From contig OZ076409.1 in NCBI GenBank assembly GCA_964187785.1, positions 32,118,001 through 32,182,000 of the forward strand: a stretch of 64,000 nucleotides of DNA. The letters run 5' to 3'. The translations under genes were made by a program, and so were the position numbers. The DNA is from Amphiscolops sp. MND2022 (lineage: Eukaryota). Below, piece by piece: positions 14,215 to 28,160 of the stretch (the first letter of the stretch is position 1; every line of letters begins with the position of its first letter). Below the pieces are notes generated by a model, which saw nothing but the letters and a program-made list of their open reading frames with translations, was not told the origin of the DNA and searched no databases.

Positions 14215-17200
14215 CATCATTTCCAGAAATGCTGCGCTAAAGCCATTTCCAATTCTTCCAATGCTTCCAATTCTCCAGGGAGCACTCTTTGAAAACCTTT
14301 CAAACTTTTAGTAAATTTTCAATTCTTGAAAAATTGTAATTTAAAGGAATCCAATAAACAATGTATCTTCTATGGTGCTGAAAAATATACTCCTCGATCC
14401 CTCGTTTCCTGAAATGCTGGGCTAAAGCCAGTACTAGCTTCCAATTTTTCAGGGAGCACACATTGAAAATTTCAAACAATTCAGAACTTTTTCGAGCCCT
14501 GAAAAAACTTTCATTTCCTAAGATGAGTTTTAGCATTTGGATCGTAAATGATGGTTCAAAAGACACTCCTTGACCCATCGTTTCCAGAAGTGTTAGTGTG
14601 AAGTCGTTACTAGCTTCCAATTTTTCAGGGAGTTCACTTTGAAGTTTTTGAGTTTTCAGAAACATTTGACGCTTGCAAAACTGTTTAGTTTGATTTACAT
14701 GAGATAACATCAATGTAATTTGATCAGAGTCTTGTTGACCAGTTTTCGTTTTCACCATGATGGGTTGTATCATTTGGAACGAATTTGATTCTCCAAAAAC
14801 CACTCCTTGATCCATCACTTAGTGAAAAGCTAGGGTGAAGCCCGTACTAGCTTCCAGTTTTTCACAGAGCACATTTTGAAAGATTTGAAAATTCAGAAAT
14901 TTAATGATACTTGAAATATCGATATTTCCCGAGATGGGTTTTAGCATTTGGATCGTATATGGTGCTTCAAAAAACACTCCATGACCCATCGTTTCCAGAA
15001 GTGCTAGTGCGAAGCCGGTACTAGCTTCCAGTTTTTCAGGGAATACACTCTGAAAATTTCTAAAATTTAGAAATGTTTCGACCTTGAAACTTTTTTAATT
15101 CTCGAGATGGGTTTTAGCTTTTGGATCGTCAGTGGTGCTTCAAAAGACACTCCTTGACCCATCGTTTCCAGAAGTGCTAGTGTGAAGCCATTACTAGCTT
15201 CCAATTTTTCAGGGAGTTCACTTTGAAGTTTTTCGAGATTTCAGAAACATTTGACGCTTGCAAAACTGTTTAGCTTGATTTACATGAGATAACATGAATG
15301 TAATTTGATCAAAGTCTTGTTGACCACTTTTTGTTTTTACCATGATGTGTTTTAGCATTTGGATCGTATATGATGGTTCAAAAGACACTCCTTGCCCCAT
15401 CGTTTCCAGAAGTGCTAGTGTGAAGCTGTTACTAGCTTCCAATTTTTGAGGGAGTTCGCTTTGAAGTGTTTGAGACTTCAGAAACATTTGACGCTTGCAA
15501 AACTGTTTAGGTTGATTTACATGAGATAACATGAATGTAATTTGATCAAAGTCTTGTTGACCAGTTTTCGTTTTTACCATGATGGGTTGTATCATTTGGA
15601 ACGTATATGGTTCTCCAAAAACCACTCCTTGATCCATCACTTGGTGAAAAGCTAGGGTGAAGTCCGTACTAGTTTCCAGTTTTGCAGAGAGCACATTGTG
15701 AAAGATTTGAAAATTTAGAAATTTAATGATACTTGAAATATTATTTCCCGAGATGGGTTTTAGCTTCTGGATCGTATATGGTGCTTTAAAAGACACTCCT
15801 TGACCCATCGTTTCCAGAAGTGCTAGTGTGAAGCCATTACTAGCTTCCAATTTTTCAGGGAGTTCACCTTGAAGTGTTTGAGACTTCAGAAACATTTGAC
15901 GCTTGCAAAACTGTTTAGGTTGATTTACATGAGATAACATAAAAGTAATTTGATCAAAGTCTTCTTGACCAGTTTTCGTTTTTACCATGATAGGTTGTAT
16001 CATTTGGATCGTATATGGTTAATCAAAAACCACTCCTTGATCAATTACTTAGTGAAAAACTAGCGTGAAGTCCGTACTAGCTTCCAGTTTTTCAGAGAGC
16101 ACATTTTGAAAGATTTGAAAGTTTAGAAAATTAATGATACTTGAAATATTGATATTTCCCGAGATGGGTTTTAGCATTTGGATCGTATATGGTGCTTCGA
16201 AAAACACTCCTTGAACCATCGTTTCCAAAAGTGCTAGTTTGAAGTCATTACAAGCTTCCAAATTTTCAGGGAGTACAATTTGAAGTTTTTCGAGATTTCA
16301 GAAACATTTCACGCTTGCAAAACTGTTTAGCTTGATTTACATGAGATAACATGAATGTAATTTGATCAAAGTCTTGTTGACCACTTTTTGTTTTTACCAT
16401 GATGTGTTTTAGCATTTGGATCGTATATGATGGTTCAAAAGACACTCCTTGCCCCATCGTTTCCAGAAGTGCTAGTGTGAAGCTGTTACTAGCTTCCAAT
16501 TTTTGAGGGAGTTCGCTTTGAAGTGTTTGAGACTTCAGAAACATTTGACGCTTGCAAAACTGTTTAGGTTGATTTACATGAGATAACATGAATGTAATTT
16601 GATCAAAGTCTTGTTGACCAGTTTTCGTTTTTAGCATGATAGGTTGTATCATTTGGATCGTGTATGGTTGTTCAAAAACCACTCCTTGATCGATCACTTA
16701 TTGAAAAACTAGCGTGAAGCCCGTACTAGCTTCCAGTTTTTCAGAGAGCACATTTTGGAAGATTTGAAAATTTAGAAAATAAATGATACTTGAAATATTG
16801 ATATTTCCCGAGATGGGTTTTAGCATTTGAATCGTATATGGTGCTTCAAAAAACACTCCTTGAACCATCGTTTCCAAAAGTGCTAGTACGAAGCCGGTAC
16901 TAGCTTCAGTTTTTCAGGGAGTACACTTTGAAAAATTCAAAAAATTGGAAATGTTTCGATCCTTGAAAAACTTTTAATTCTCGAGGTGGGTTTCAGCCTT
17001 TGGATCGCATATGGTGCTTTAAAAGACACTCCTTGACCCATCGTTTCCAGAAGTGCTAGTGTGAAACCATTATTAGCTTCCAATTTTTCAGGGACTTCAC
17101 CTTGAAGTTTTTGAGACTTCAGAAACATTTGACGCTTGCAAAACTGTTTAGGTTGGTTTACATGAGATAACATGATTGTAAATTGATCAGAGTCTTGTTG

Positions 17201-20200
17201 ACCAGTTTTCGTTTTTACCATGATAGGCTGTATCATTTGGATTGTATATGGTTATTCAAAATCCACTCCTTGATCCATCACTTAGTGAAAAACTAGCGTA
17301 AAGCCCGTACTAGCTTCCAGTTTTTCAGAGAGCACGTTTTGAAAGATTTGAAAATTTAAAAGTTTATTGATACTTGAAATATTTATCTTTACCGAGATGG
17401 GTTTTAGCATTTGGATCGTATATGGTTCTTCAAAAGACACTCCCGGAGCCATCCTTTCCAGAAGTGCTAGTGTGAAGCCGGTACTAGCTTCCAGTTTTTC
17501 AGGGAGTACACTTTAAAATGTTCAAAAAAAATAAGGAAATATTTCGATCCTTGAAAAATTGTTAATTCTCGAGATGGGTTTTAGCATTTGGATCGTATAT
17601 GGTGCTTCAAAAGACACTCCTTGACCCATCGTTTCCAGAAGTGATAGTGTGAAGCCATTATTAGCTTCCAATTTTTCAGGGACTTCACCTTGAAGTTTTT
17701 GAGACTTCAGAAACATTTGACGCTTGCAAAACTGTTAAGGTTGGTTTACATGAGATAACATGAATGTAAATTGATCAGAGTTTTGTTGATCAGTTTTCGT
17801 TTTTACCATGATAGGTTGTATCATTTGGATCGTATATGGTTCTTCAAAAACCACTCCTTGATCCATCACTTAGTGAAAAACTAGCGTAAAACCCGTACTA
17901 GCTTCCAGTTTTTCAGTGAGTACACTTTGAAGTTTTTCGAGATTTCAGAAACATTCGATGCTTGCAAAACTGTTTAGGTTGATTTACATGAGATAACATG
18001 AATGTAATTTGATCAAAGACTTGTTGACCAGTTTTCGTTTTTAGCATGATAGGTTGTATCATTTGGATCGCATATGGTTCTTCAAAAACCACTCCTTGAT
18101 CCATCACTTAGTGAGAAACTAGGGTGAAGCCCGCACTAGCTTCCAGTTTTTCAGAGAACACATTTTGAAAGATTTGAAAATTTAAAAGTTTATTGATACT
18201 TGAAATATTTATCTTTGCCGAGATGGATTTTAGCATTTGGATCGTATATGGTTCTTCCAAAGACACTCCCGGAGCCATCCTTTCCAGAAGTGCTAGTGTG
18301 AAGCCGGTACTAGCTTCCAGTTTTTCAGGGAGTACACTTTAAAAAAATCAAAAAATTAGAAATGTTTCGATCCTTGAAAAATTGTTAATTCTCGAGATGG
18401 GTTTTAGCATTTGGATCGTATAAGGTGCTTCAAAAGACACTCCTTAACCCATCGTTTCCAGAAGTGCTAGTGTGAAGCCGGTACTAGTTTCCAGTTTTTC
18501 AGGGAGTACAAGTTGAAGTTTTCGAGATTTCAGAAAAATTTGACGCTTGCAAAACTGTTTAGGTTGATTTACATGGGATAACATGAATGTAATTTGATCG
18601 AAGTCTTGTTGACCAGTTTTCGTTTTTACCATGATGGGTTGTATCATTTGGAACGTTTTTGGTTCTCCAAAAACCACTCCTTGATCCATCACTTGGTGAA
18701 AAGCTAGGGTCAAGCCCGTACTAGCTTCCACTTTTCCAGAGAGCACATTTTGAAAGATTTGAAAATTTAAAAGTTTATTGATACTTGAACTATTTATCTT
18801 TGCCGAGATGGGTTTTAGCATTTGGATCGTATATGGTTCTTCAAAAGACACTCCTCGACCCATCGTTTCCAAACGTGCTAGTGTGAAGCTTTTACTAGCT
18901 TCCAGTTTTTCAGGGAGTACACTTTAAAAAGTTCAAAAATACTAGAAATGTTTCGATCCTCGAAACATTTTTGTTTCTCGAGGTTGGTTTTAGCTTTTGG
19001 ATCGTATATGGTGCTTCAAAAGACACTCCTTGACCCATCATTTCCAGAAGTGCTAGTGTGAAGCCATTATTAGCTTCCAATTTTTCAGGGACTTCACTTT
19101 GAAGTTTTTGAGACTTCAGAAACATTTGACGCTTGCAAAACTGTTTAGGTTGGTTTACATATATAACATGAATGTAAATTGATCAAAGTCTTGTTGACCA
19201 GTTTTGGTTTTTACCATGATAGGTTGTATCATTTGGAACGTATATGGTTTTTCAAAAACCACTCCCTGATCCATCACTTGGAGAAAAGCTGGGGTGAAGC
19301 CAGTACTAGCTTACAGTTTTTCAGAGAGCACATTTTGAAAGATTTGAAAATTTAAAAGTTTATTGATACTTGAAATTCATCTTTGCCGAGATGGGTTTTA
19401 GCATTTGGATCGTATATGGTTCTTCAAAAGACACTCCCGGAGTCATACTTTCCAGAAGTGCTAGTGTGAAGCTGTTACTAGCTTCCAATTTTTGAGGGAG
19501 TTCGCTTTGAAGTGTTTGAGACTTCAGAAACATTTGACGCTTGCAAAACTGTTTAGGTTGATTTACATGAGATAACATGAATGTAATTTGATCAAAGTCT
19601 TGTTGACCAGTTTTCGTTTTTAGCATGATAGGTTGTATCATTTGGATCGTGTATGGTTGTTCAAAAACCACTCCTTGATCGATCACTTATTGAAAAACTA
19701 GCGTGAAGCCCGTACTAGCTTCCAGTTTTTCAGAGAGCACATTTTGGAAGATTTGAAAATTTAGAAAATAAATGATACTTGAAATATTGATATTTCCCGA
19801 GATGGGTTTTAGCATTTGAATCGTATATGGTGCTTCAAAAAACACTCCTTGAACCATCGTTTCCAAAAGTGCTAGTACGAAGCCGGTACTAGCTTCAGTT
19901 TTTCAGGGAGTACACTTTGAAAAATTCAAAAAATTGGAAATGTTTCGATCCTTGAAAAACTTTTAATTCTCGAGGTGGGTTTCAGCCTTTGGATCGCATA
20001 TGGTGCTTTAAAAGACACTCCTTGACCCATCGTTTCCAGAAGTGCTAGTGTGAAACCATTATTAGCTTCCAATTTTTCAGGGACTTCACCTTGAAGTTTT
20101 TGAGACTTCAGAAACATTTGACGCTTGCAAAACTGTTTAGGTTGGTTTACATGAGATAACATGATTGTAAATTGATCAGAGTCTTGTTGACCAGTTTTCG

Positions 20201-23200
20201 TTTTTGCCATGATAGGCTGTATCATTTGGATTGTATATGGTTATTCAAAATCCACTCCTTGATCCATCACTTAGTGAAAAACTAGCGTAAAGCCCGTACT
20301 AGCTTCCAGTTTTTCAGAGAGCACGTTTTGAAAGATTTGAAAATTTAAAAGTTTATTGATACTTGAAATATTTATCTTTACCGAGATGGGTTTTAGCATT
20401 TGGATCGTATATGGTTCTTCAAAAGACACTCCCGGAGCCATCCTTTCCAGAAGTGCTAGTGTGAAGCCGGTACTAGCTTCCAGTTTTTCAGGGAGTACAC
20501 TTTAAAATGTTCAAAAAAAATAAGGAAATATTTCGATCCTTGAAAAATTGTTAATTCTCGAGATGGGTTTTAGCATTTGGATCGTATATGGTGCTTCAAA
20601 AGACACTCCTTGACCCATCGTTTCCAGAAGTGATAGTGTGAAGCCATTATTAGCTTCCAATTTTTCAGGGACTTCACCTTGAAGTTTTTGAGACTTCAGA
20701 AACATTTGACGCTTGCAAAACTGTTAAGGTTGGTTTACATGAGATAACATGAATGTAAATTGATCAGAGTTTTGTTGATCAGTTTTCGTTTTTACCATGA
20801 TAGGTTGTATCATTTGGATCGTATATGGTTCTTCAAAAACCACTCCTTGATCCATCACTTAGTGAAAAACTAGCGTAAAACCCGTACTAGCTTCCAGTTT
20901 TTCAGTGAGTACACTTTGAAGTTTTTCGAGATTTCAGAAACATTCGATGCTTGCAAAACTGTTTAGGTTGATTTACATGAGATAACATGAATGTAATTTG
21001 ATCAAAGACTTGTTGACCAGTTTTCGTTTTTAGCATGATAGGTTGTATCATTTGGATCGCATATGGTTCTTCAAAAACCACTCCTTGATCCATCACTTAG
21101 TGAGAAACTAGGGTGAAGCCCGCACTAGCTTCCAGTTTTTCAGAGAACACATTTTGAAAGATTTGAAAATTTAAAAGTTTATTGATACTTGAAATATTTA
21201 TCTTTGCCGAGATGGATTTTAGCATTTGGATCGTATATGGTTCTTCCAAAGACACTCCCGGAGCCATCCTTTCCAGAAGTGCTAGTGTGAAGCCGGTACT
21301 AGCTTCCAGTTTTTCAGGGAGTACACTTTAAAAAAATCAAAAAATTAGAAATGTTTCGATCCTTGAAAAATTGTTAATTCTCGAGATGGGTTTTAGCATT
21401 TGGATCGTATAAGGTGCTTCAAAAGACACTCCTTAACCCATCGTTTCCAGAAGTGCTAGTGTGAAGCCGGTACTAGTTTCCAGTTTTTCAGGGAGTACAA
21501 GTTGAAGTTTTCGAGATTTCAGAAAAATTTGACGCTTGCAAAACTGTTTAGGTTGATTTACATGGGATAACATGAATGTAATTTGATCGAAGTCTTGTTG
21601 ACCAGTTTTCGTTTTTACCATGATGGGTTGTATCATTTGGAACGTTTTTGGTTCTCCAAAAACCACTCCTTGATCCATCACTTGGTGAAAAGCTAGGGTC
21701 AAGCCCGTACTAGCTTCCACTTTTCCAGAGAGCACATTTTGAAAGATTTGAAAATTTAAAAGTTTATTGATACTTGAACTATTTATCTTTGCCGAGATGG
21801 GTTTTAGCATTTGGATCGTATATGGTTCTTCAAAAGACACTCCTCGACCCATCGTTTCCAAACGTGCTAGTGTGAAGCTTTTACTAGCTTCCAGTTTTTC
21901 AGGGAGTACACTTTAAAAAGTTCAAAAATACTAGAAATGTTTCGATCCTCGAAACATTTTTGTTTCTCGAGGTTGGTTTTAGCTTTTGGATCGTATATGG
22001 TGCTTCAAAAGACACTCCTTGACCCATCATTTCCAGAAGTGCTAGTGTGAAGCCATTATTAGCTTCCAATTTTTCAGGGACTTCACTTTGAAGTTTTTGA
22101 GACTTCAGAAACATTTGACGCTTGCAAAACTGTTTAGGTTGGTTTACATATATAACATGAATGTAAATTGATCAAAGTTTTGTTGACCAGTTTTGGTTTT
22201 TACCATGATAGGTTGTATCATTTGGAACGTATATGGTTTTTCAAAAACCACTCCCTGATCCATCACTTGGAGAAAAGCTGGGGTGAAGCCAGTACTAGCT
22301 TACAGTTTTTCAGAGAGCACATTTTGAAAGATTTGAAAATTTAAAAGTTTATTGATACTTGAAATTCATCTTTGCCGAGATGGGTTTTAGCATTTGGATC
22401 GTATATGGTTCTTCAAAAGACACTCCCGGAGTCATACTTTCCAGAAGTGCTAGTGTGAAGCCGGTACTAGCTTCCAGTTTTTCAGGGAGTACACTTTAAA
22501 AAGTTCAAAAAAATTAGAAACGTTTCGATCCTTGAAAAGTTTTTAATTCTCGAGGTGGGTTTTAGCTTTTGGATTGTATATGGTGCTTTAAAAGACACTC
22601 CTTGACCCATCGTTTCCAGAAGTGCTAGTGTGAAGCCATTATTAGCTTCCAATTTTTCAGGGACTTCACCTTGAAGTTTTTGAGACTTCAGAAACATTTG
22701 ACGCTTGCAAAACTGTTTAGGTTGATTTACATGAGATAACATGAATGTAATTTGATCAAAGTCTTGTTGACCAGTTTTCGTTTTTACCATGATAGGTTGA
22801 ACCATTTGGAACGTATATGGTTCTTCAAAAACCACTCCTTGATCCATCACTTAGAGAAAAGCTAGGGTGAAGCCAGTACTAGCTTCCAGTTTTTCAGAGA
22901 GCACAATTTGAAAGATTTGAATATTTAAAAGTTTATTGATACTTGAAATTCATCTTTGCCGAGATGGGTTTTAGCATTTGGATCGTATATGGTTCTTCAA
23001 AAGACACTCCCGGAGTCATACTTTCCAGAAGTGCTAGTGTGAAGCCGGTACTAGCTTCCAGTTTTTCAGGGAGTACACTTTAAAAAGTTCAAAAAAATTA
23101 GAAACGTTTCGATCCTTGAAAAGTTTTTAATTCTCGAGGTGGGTTTTAGCTTTTGGATTGTATATGGTGCTTTAAAAGACACTCCTTGACCCATCGTTTC

Positions 23201-26200
23201 CAGAAGTGCTAGTGTGAAGCCATTATTAGCTTCCAATTTTTCAGGGACTTCACCTTGAAGTTTTTGAGACTTCAGAAACATTTGACGCTTGCAAAACTGT
23301 TTAGGTTGATTTACATGAGATAACATGAATGTAATTTGATCAAAGTCTTGTTGACCAGTTTTCGTTTTTACCATGATAGGTTGAACCATTTGGAACGTAT
23401 ATGGTTCTTCAAAAACCACTCCTTGATCCATCACTTAGAGAAAAGCTAGGGTGAAGCCAGTACTAGCTTCCAGTTTTTCAGAGAGCACAATTTGAAAGAT
23501 TTGAATATTTAAAAGTTTATTGATACTTGAAATATTTATCTTTGCCGAGATGGGTTTTAGCATTTGGATCGTATATGGTTCTTCAAAAGACACTCCGGGA
23601 GCCATCCTTTCCAGAAGTGCTAGTGTGAAGCCGGTACTAGCTTCCAGTTTTTCAGGGAGTACACTTTGAAAAATCAAAAAATTAGAAATGTTTCGATCCT
23701 TGAAAAATTTTTAATTCTCGAGGTGGGTCTTAGCTTTTGGATCGTATATGGTGCTTCAAAAGACACTCCTTGACCCATCGTTTCCAGAAGTGCTAGTGTG
23801 AAGCCTTTACTAGCGTCCAGTTTTTCAGGGAGTACAATTTGAAGTTTTTTGAGATTTCAGAAACATTTCACGCTTGCAAAACTTATTAGGTTGATTTACA
23901 TGAGATAACATGAATGTAATTTGATCAAAGTCTTGTTGACCAGTTTTCGTTTTTAGCATGATAGGTTGTATCTTTTGGATCGTATATGGTTCTCCAAAAA
24001 CCACTCCTTGATCCATCACTTAGTGAAAAACTAGGGTGAAGCCCGCACTAGCTTCCAGTCTTTCAGAGAGCATAACTTGAAAGATTTGAAAATTTAGAAG
24101 TTTATTGATACTTGAAATATTGATTTTTCCCGAGATGGGTTTTAGCATTTGGATCGTATATGGTTCTTCAAAAGACACTTCCTGAGCCATCGTTTCCAGA
24201 AGTGCTAGTGTGAAGCCGGTACTAGCTTCCAGTTTTTCAGGGAGTACACTTTGAATACTTCAGAAAAATTAGAAATGTTTCGATCCTTGAAAAATTGTTT
24301 ATTCTCGAGATGGGTTTTAGCATTTCGATCGTATATGGTGCTTCAAAAGACACTCTTTGACCCATAGTTTCTAGAAGTGCTAGTATGAACCCTTTCTAGC
24401 TTCCAGTTTTTTAGTAAGTACACTTTGAAGTTTTTCGAGATTTCAGAAACATTTGACGCTTGCAAAACTGTTTAGCTCGATTTACATGAGATAACATGAA
24501 TGTAATTTGATCAAAGTCTTGTTGACCACTTTTCGTTTTTACCATGATGGGTTGTATCGTTTGGATAGTATATGGTTCTTCAAAAACCACTCCTTGATCC
24601 ATCACTTAGTAAAAAGCTAGGGTGAAACCAGTACTAGCTTCCATCTTTTCAGGGAGCACACTTTGAAAACTTTCAAAAAATCTAGAACGTTTTCGACCCT
24701 TGAAAAGTTTTCATTTCCCAAGATAAGTTTTAGCACTTGGATCGTATATGATAGTTCAAAAGACACTTCCTGAGCCATCGTTTCCAGAAGTGCTAGTGGG
24801 AAGCCGGTACTAGCTTCCAGTTTTTTAGTAAGTACACTTTGAAGTTTTTCGAGATTTCAGAAACATTTGACGCTTGCAAAACTGTTTAGCTCGATTTACA
24901 TGAGATAACATGAATGTAATTTGATCAAAGTCTTGTTGACCACTTTTCGTTTTTACCATGATGGGTTGTATCGTTTGGATAGTATATGGTTCTTCAAAAA
25001 CCACTCCTTGATCCATCACTTAGTGAAATGCTAGGGTGAAGACCGTACTAGCTTCCAGTTTTTCAGAGAGCACATTTTGAAAGATTTGAAAATTTAGAAA
25101 TTTATTGATACTTGAAATATTGATTTTTCCCGAGATGGGTTTTAGCAATTGGACCGTATATGGTGCTTCAAAAGACACTCCCTGCGCCATCGTTTCCAGA
25201 AGTGCTAGTGGGAAGCCGGTACTAGCTTCCAGTTTTTCAGGGAGTTCACTTTGAAAATTTTAAAAAATCTAGAAAGTTTTCGACCCTTGAAAAGTTTTCA
25301 TTTCCCAAGATAAGTTTTAGCATTTGGATCGTATATGATAGTTCAAAAGACACTCCCTGAGCCATCGTTTCCAGAAGTGCTAGTGTGAAGCCGGTACTGA
25401 CTTCCAGTTTTTCAGGGAGTACACTTTGAATATTTCAGAAAAATTAGAAATGTTTCGATCCTTGAAAAATTGTTTATTCTCGAGATGGGTTTTAGCATTT
25501 GGATCGTATATGATGCTTCAAAAGACACTCCTTGACCCATATTTTCTAGAAGTGCTAGTGTGAAGCCTTTTCTAGCTTCCAGTTTTTCAGTAAATACACT
25601 TCGAAGTTTTTCGAGATTTCAGAAACATTTGACGCTCGCAAAGCTGTTTAGCTTGATTTACATGAGATAACATGAATGTAATTTGATCAAAGTCTTGTTG
25701 ACCACTTTTCGTTTTTACCATGATGGGTTGTATCGTTTGGATCGTATATGGTTCTTCAAAAACTACTCCTTGATCCATCACTCAGTAAAAAACTAGGGTG
25801 AAACCAGTACTAGCTTCCATCTTTTCAGGGAGCACACTTTGAAAACTTTAAAAAAAATCTAGAACGTTTTCGACCCTTGAAAAGTTTTCATTTCCCAAGA
25901 TAAGTTTTAGCACTTGGATCGTATATGATAGTTCAAAAGACACTCCTTGACCCATCGTTTCCAGAAGTGCTAGTGGGAAGCCGGTACTAGCTTCCAATTT
26001 TTCAGGTTGTACACTTTGAAGTTTTTCGAGATTTCAGAAACATTTGACGCTTGCAAAACTGTTTAGTCTGATTTACATGAGGTAACATGAATGTAATTTG
26101 ATCAAAGTCTTGTTGACCAGTTTTCGTTTTTACCATGATGGGTTGTATCATTTGGATTGTATATGGTTCTTCAAAAAACACTCCTTGATCCATCAATTAG

Positions 26201-27505
26201 AGAAAAGCTAGGGTGAAATCAGTACTAGCTTCCATCTTTTCAGGGAGCACACTTTGAAAACTTTAAATAAATCTAGAACGTTTTCGACCCTTGAAAAGTT
26301 TTCATTTCCCAAGATAAGTTTTAGCACTTGGATCGTATATGATAGTTCAAAAGACACTCCTTGACCCATCGTTTCCAGAAGTGCTAGTGGGAAGCCGGTA
26401 CTAGCTTCCAATTTTCCAGGGAGTTCACTTCGAAGTTTTTTGAGATTTCAGAAACATTTGACGCTTGCAAAACTGTTTAGTCTGATTTACATGAGATAAC
26501 ATGAATGTAATTTGATCAAAGTCTTGTTGACCAGTTTTCGTTTTTACCTTGATGGGTTGTATCATTTGGATCGTATATGGTTCTTCAAAAACCACTCCTT
26601 GATCCATCACTTAGTGAAATGCTAGGGTGAAGCCCGTACTAGCTTCCAGTTTTTCAGAGAGCACATTTTGAAAGATTTGAAAATTTAGAAATTTATTGAT
26701 ACTTGAAATATTGATTTTTCCCGAGATGGGTTTTAGCATTTGGATCGTATATGGTGCTTCAAAAGACACTCCCTGAGCCATCGTTTCCAGAAGTGCTAGT
26801 GGGAAGCCGGTACTAGCTTCCAGTTTTTCAGGGAGTTCACTTTGAAAATTTTTAAAAAGCAAGAAAGTTTTCGACCCTTGAAAAGTTTTCATTTCCCAAG
26901 ATAAGTTTTAGCATTTGGATCGTATATGATAGTTCAAAAGACACTCCCTGAGCCATCGTTTCCAGAAGTGCTAGTGTGAAGTCTTTACTAGCTTCCAATT
27001 TTCCAGGGAGTTCACTTCGAAGTTTTTTGAGATTTCAGAAACAATTGACGCTTGCAAAACTGTTTAGTCTGATTTACATGAGATAACCTGATTGTAATTT
27101 GATCAAAGTCTTGTTGACCAGTTTTCGTTTTTACCTTGATGAGTTGTATCATTTGGACCGTATATGGTTCTTCAAAAACCACTCCTTGATCCATCACTTA
27201 GTGAAAAGCTAGGGTGAAGCCTGTACTAGCTTCCAGTTTTTCAGAGAGCACATTTTGAAAGATTTGAAAATTTAGAAACTTATTGATACTTGAAATATTG
27301 CTATTCCCCGAGATGGGTTTTAGCATTTGGGTTGTATATGGTGCTTCAAGAGACACTCCCTGAGCGATCGTTTCCAGAAGTGCTAGTGTGAAGCCGGTAC
27401 TAGCTTCCAATTTTTCAGGGAGTACTTTTTGAAGTTTTTCAGAAGCATTTGATGGTTGAAAAACTGTTTAGCTTGATTTACATGAGATTGATCAAAGTCT
27501 AATTG
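14215..27505. repeat. Complex satellite array of related ~171-177 bp and ~237-238 bp monomers (roughly 65 monomers)
   Basis: The anchor TACTAGCTTCCA recurs at 14845, 15019, 15192, 15430, 15667, 15838, 16075, 16249 and onward. The edge monomers are the most diverged. Confidence 0.97.
16461..22461. repeat. 2,989-bp higher-order duplication within the satellite
   Basis: 16461 matches 19450. Pseudo-ORFs recur at +2989 (16937/19926, 17522/20511, 17913/20902, 18444/21433, 18910/21899). Confidence 0.95.
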
Positions 27506-27875
27506 ACTACTACCTGTTTTATTACTTGTGTTTAATAACCTAGTAACAAAATGAGCGTGATGAGTCTAAACTAGACCCGCAATCGATTACACACTGTTAC
27601 ACTGAGCCAAAAGATACCCATGAATTGAGATGAGAAGCAAGACAAGGGTGTGAAATGTTTTATTTATTTTTGGTACCGTGTGAATTGTTTCTTTATTACC
27701 CAAATCTCGGTATTTAGTGATTTCACAGGGGAAATTGTCGATTTCGTGTTTTATTCATTGGAAATACTAAAATGCATAGAATCTCAGGAAATTGAACTGA
27801 AAGTCACGGTCAGAAGGTGTAAGTACATTTCTTATTGAATAACATATAATATGAGGCTGAACTGGACTTGGTAAG

Positions 27876-28144
27876 TGTACTGACCTACAATAAGAACCAA
27901 TAGTATTTAGATGTTTATAGAATGTTCTAGAATGTACATTTATTTATTATTGAATGATTGTAAATCTCTACTCCCTCAGAGAGAGAAAACCAAGAATCAG
28001 TATTCAGTTGACTTCCTTTTTGTTCTACTTCTAACACCTCGAACTAGTTGTAATAAAGTTAGCTAGCTAGCCTGTCTCTTAGCCGCTTTTAGTAGTTGTG
28101 AATAATACCACCAAAAGAAATAGCCAACCATTAAAAGCAGCACA
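27876..28144 (+). repeat. 5' LTR
   Basis: TGTACTGACC..GCAGCACA; 4 mismatches to the 3' LTR by eye; internal AATAAA. Confidence 0.97.
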
Positions 28145-28147
28145 ATT

Positions 28148-28160
28148 TGGCGCGACTCGT
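28148..28160 (+). promoter_or_regulatory. Primer-binding site (tRNA not identified)
   Basis: TGGCGCGACTCGT begins 3 nt after the 5' LTR. Confidence 0.75.

Noticed and set aside
14300..27410. Repeated minus-strand ORFs (MDQGVVFEEPYTIQ..) as a repeat-protein gene
   Set aside because: Some monomers are multiples of three (174, 237), but others are not (173, 238), and a recurrent TAA breaks the frame. A satellite explains them better.
14215..27505. Satellite as a CRISPR-like array
   Set aside because: The sequences between the conserved motifs are themselves repeats, not unique spacers. There are no cas genes and the context is eukaryotic.
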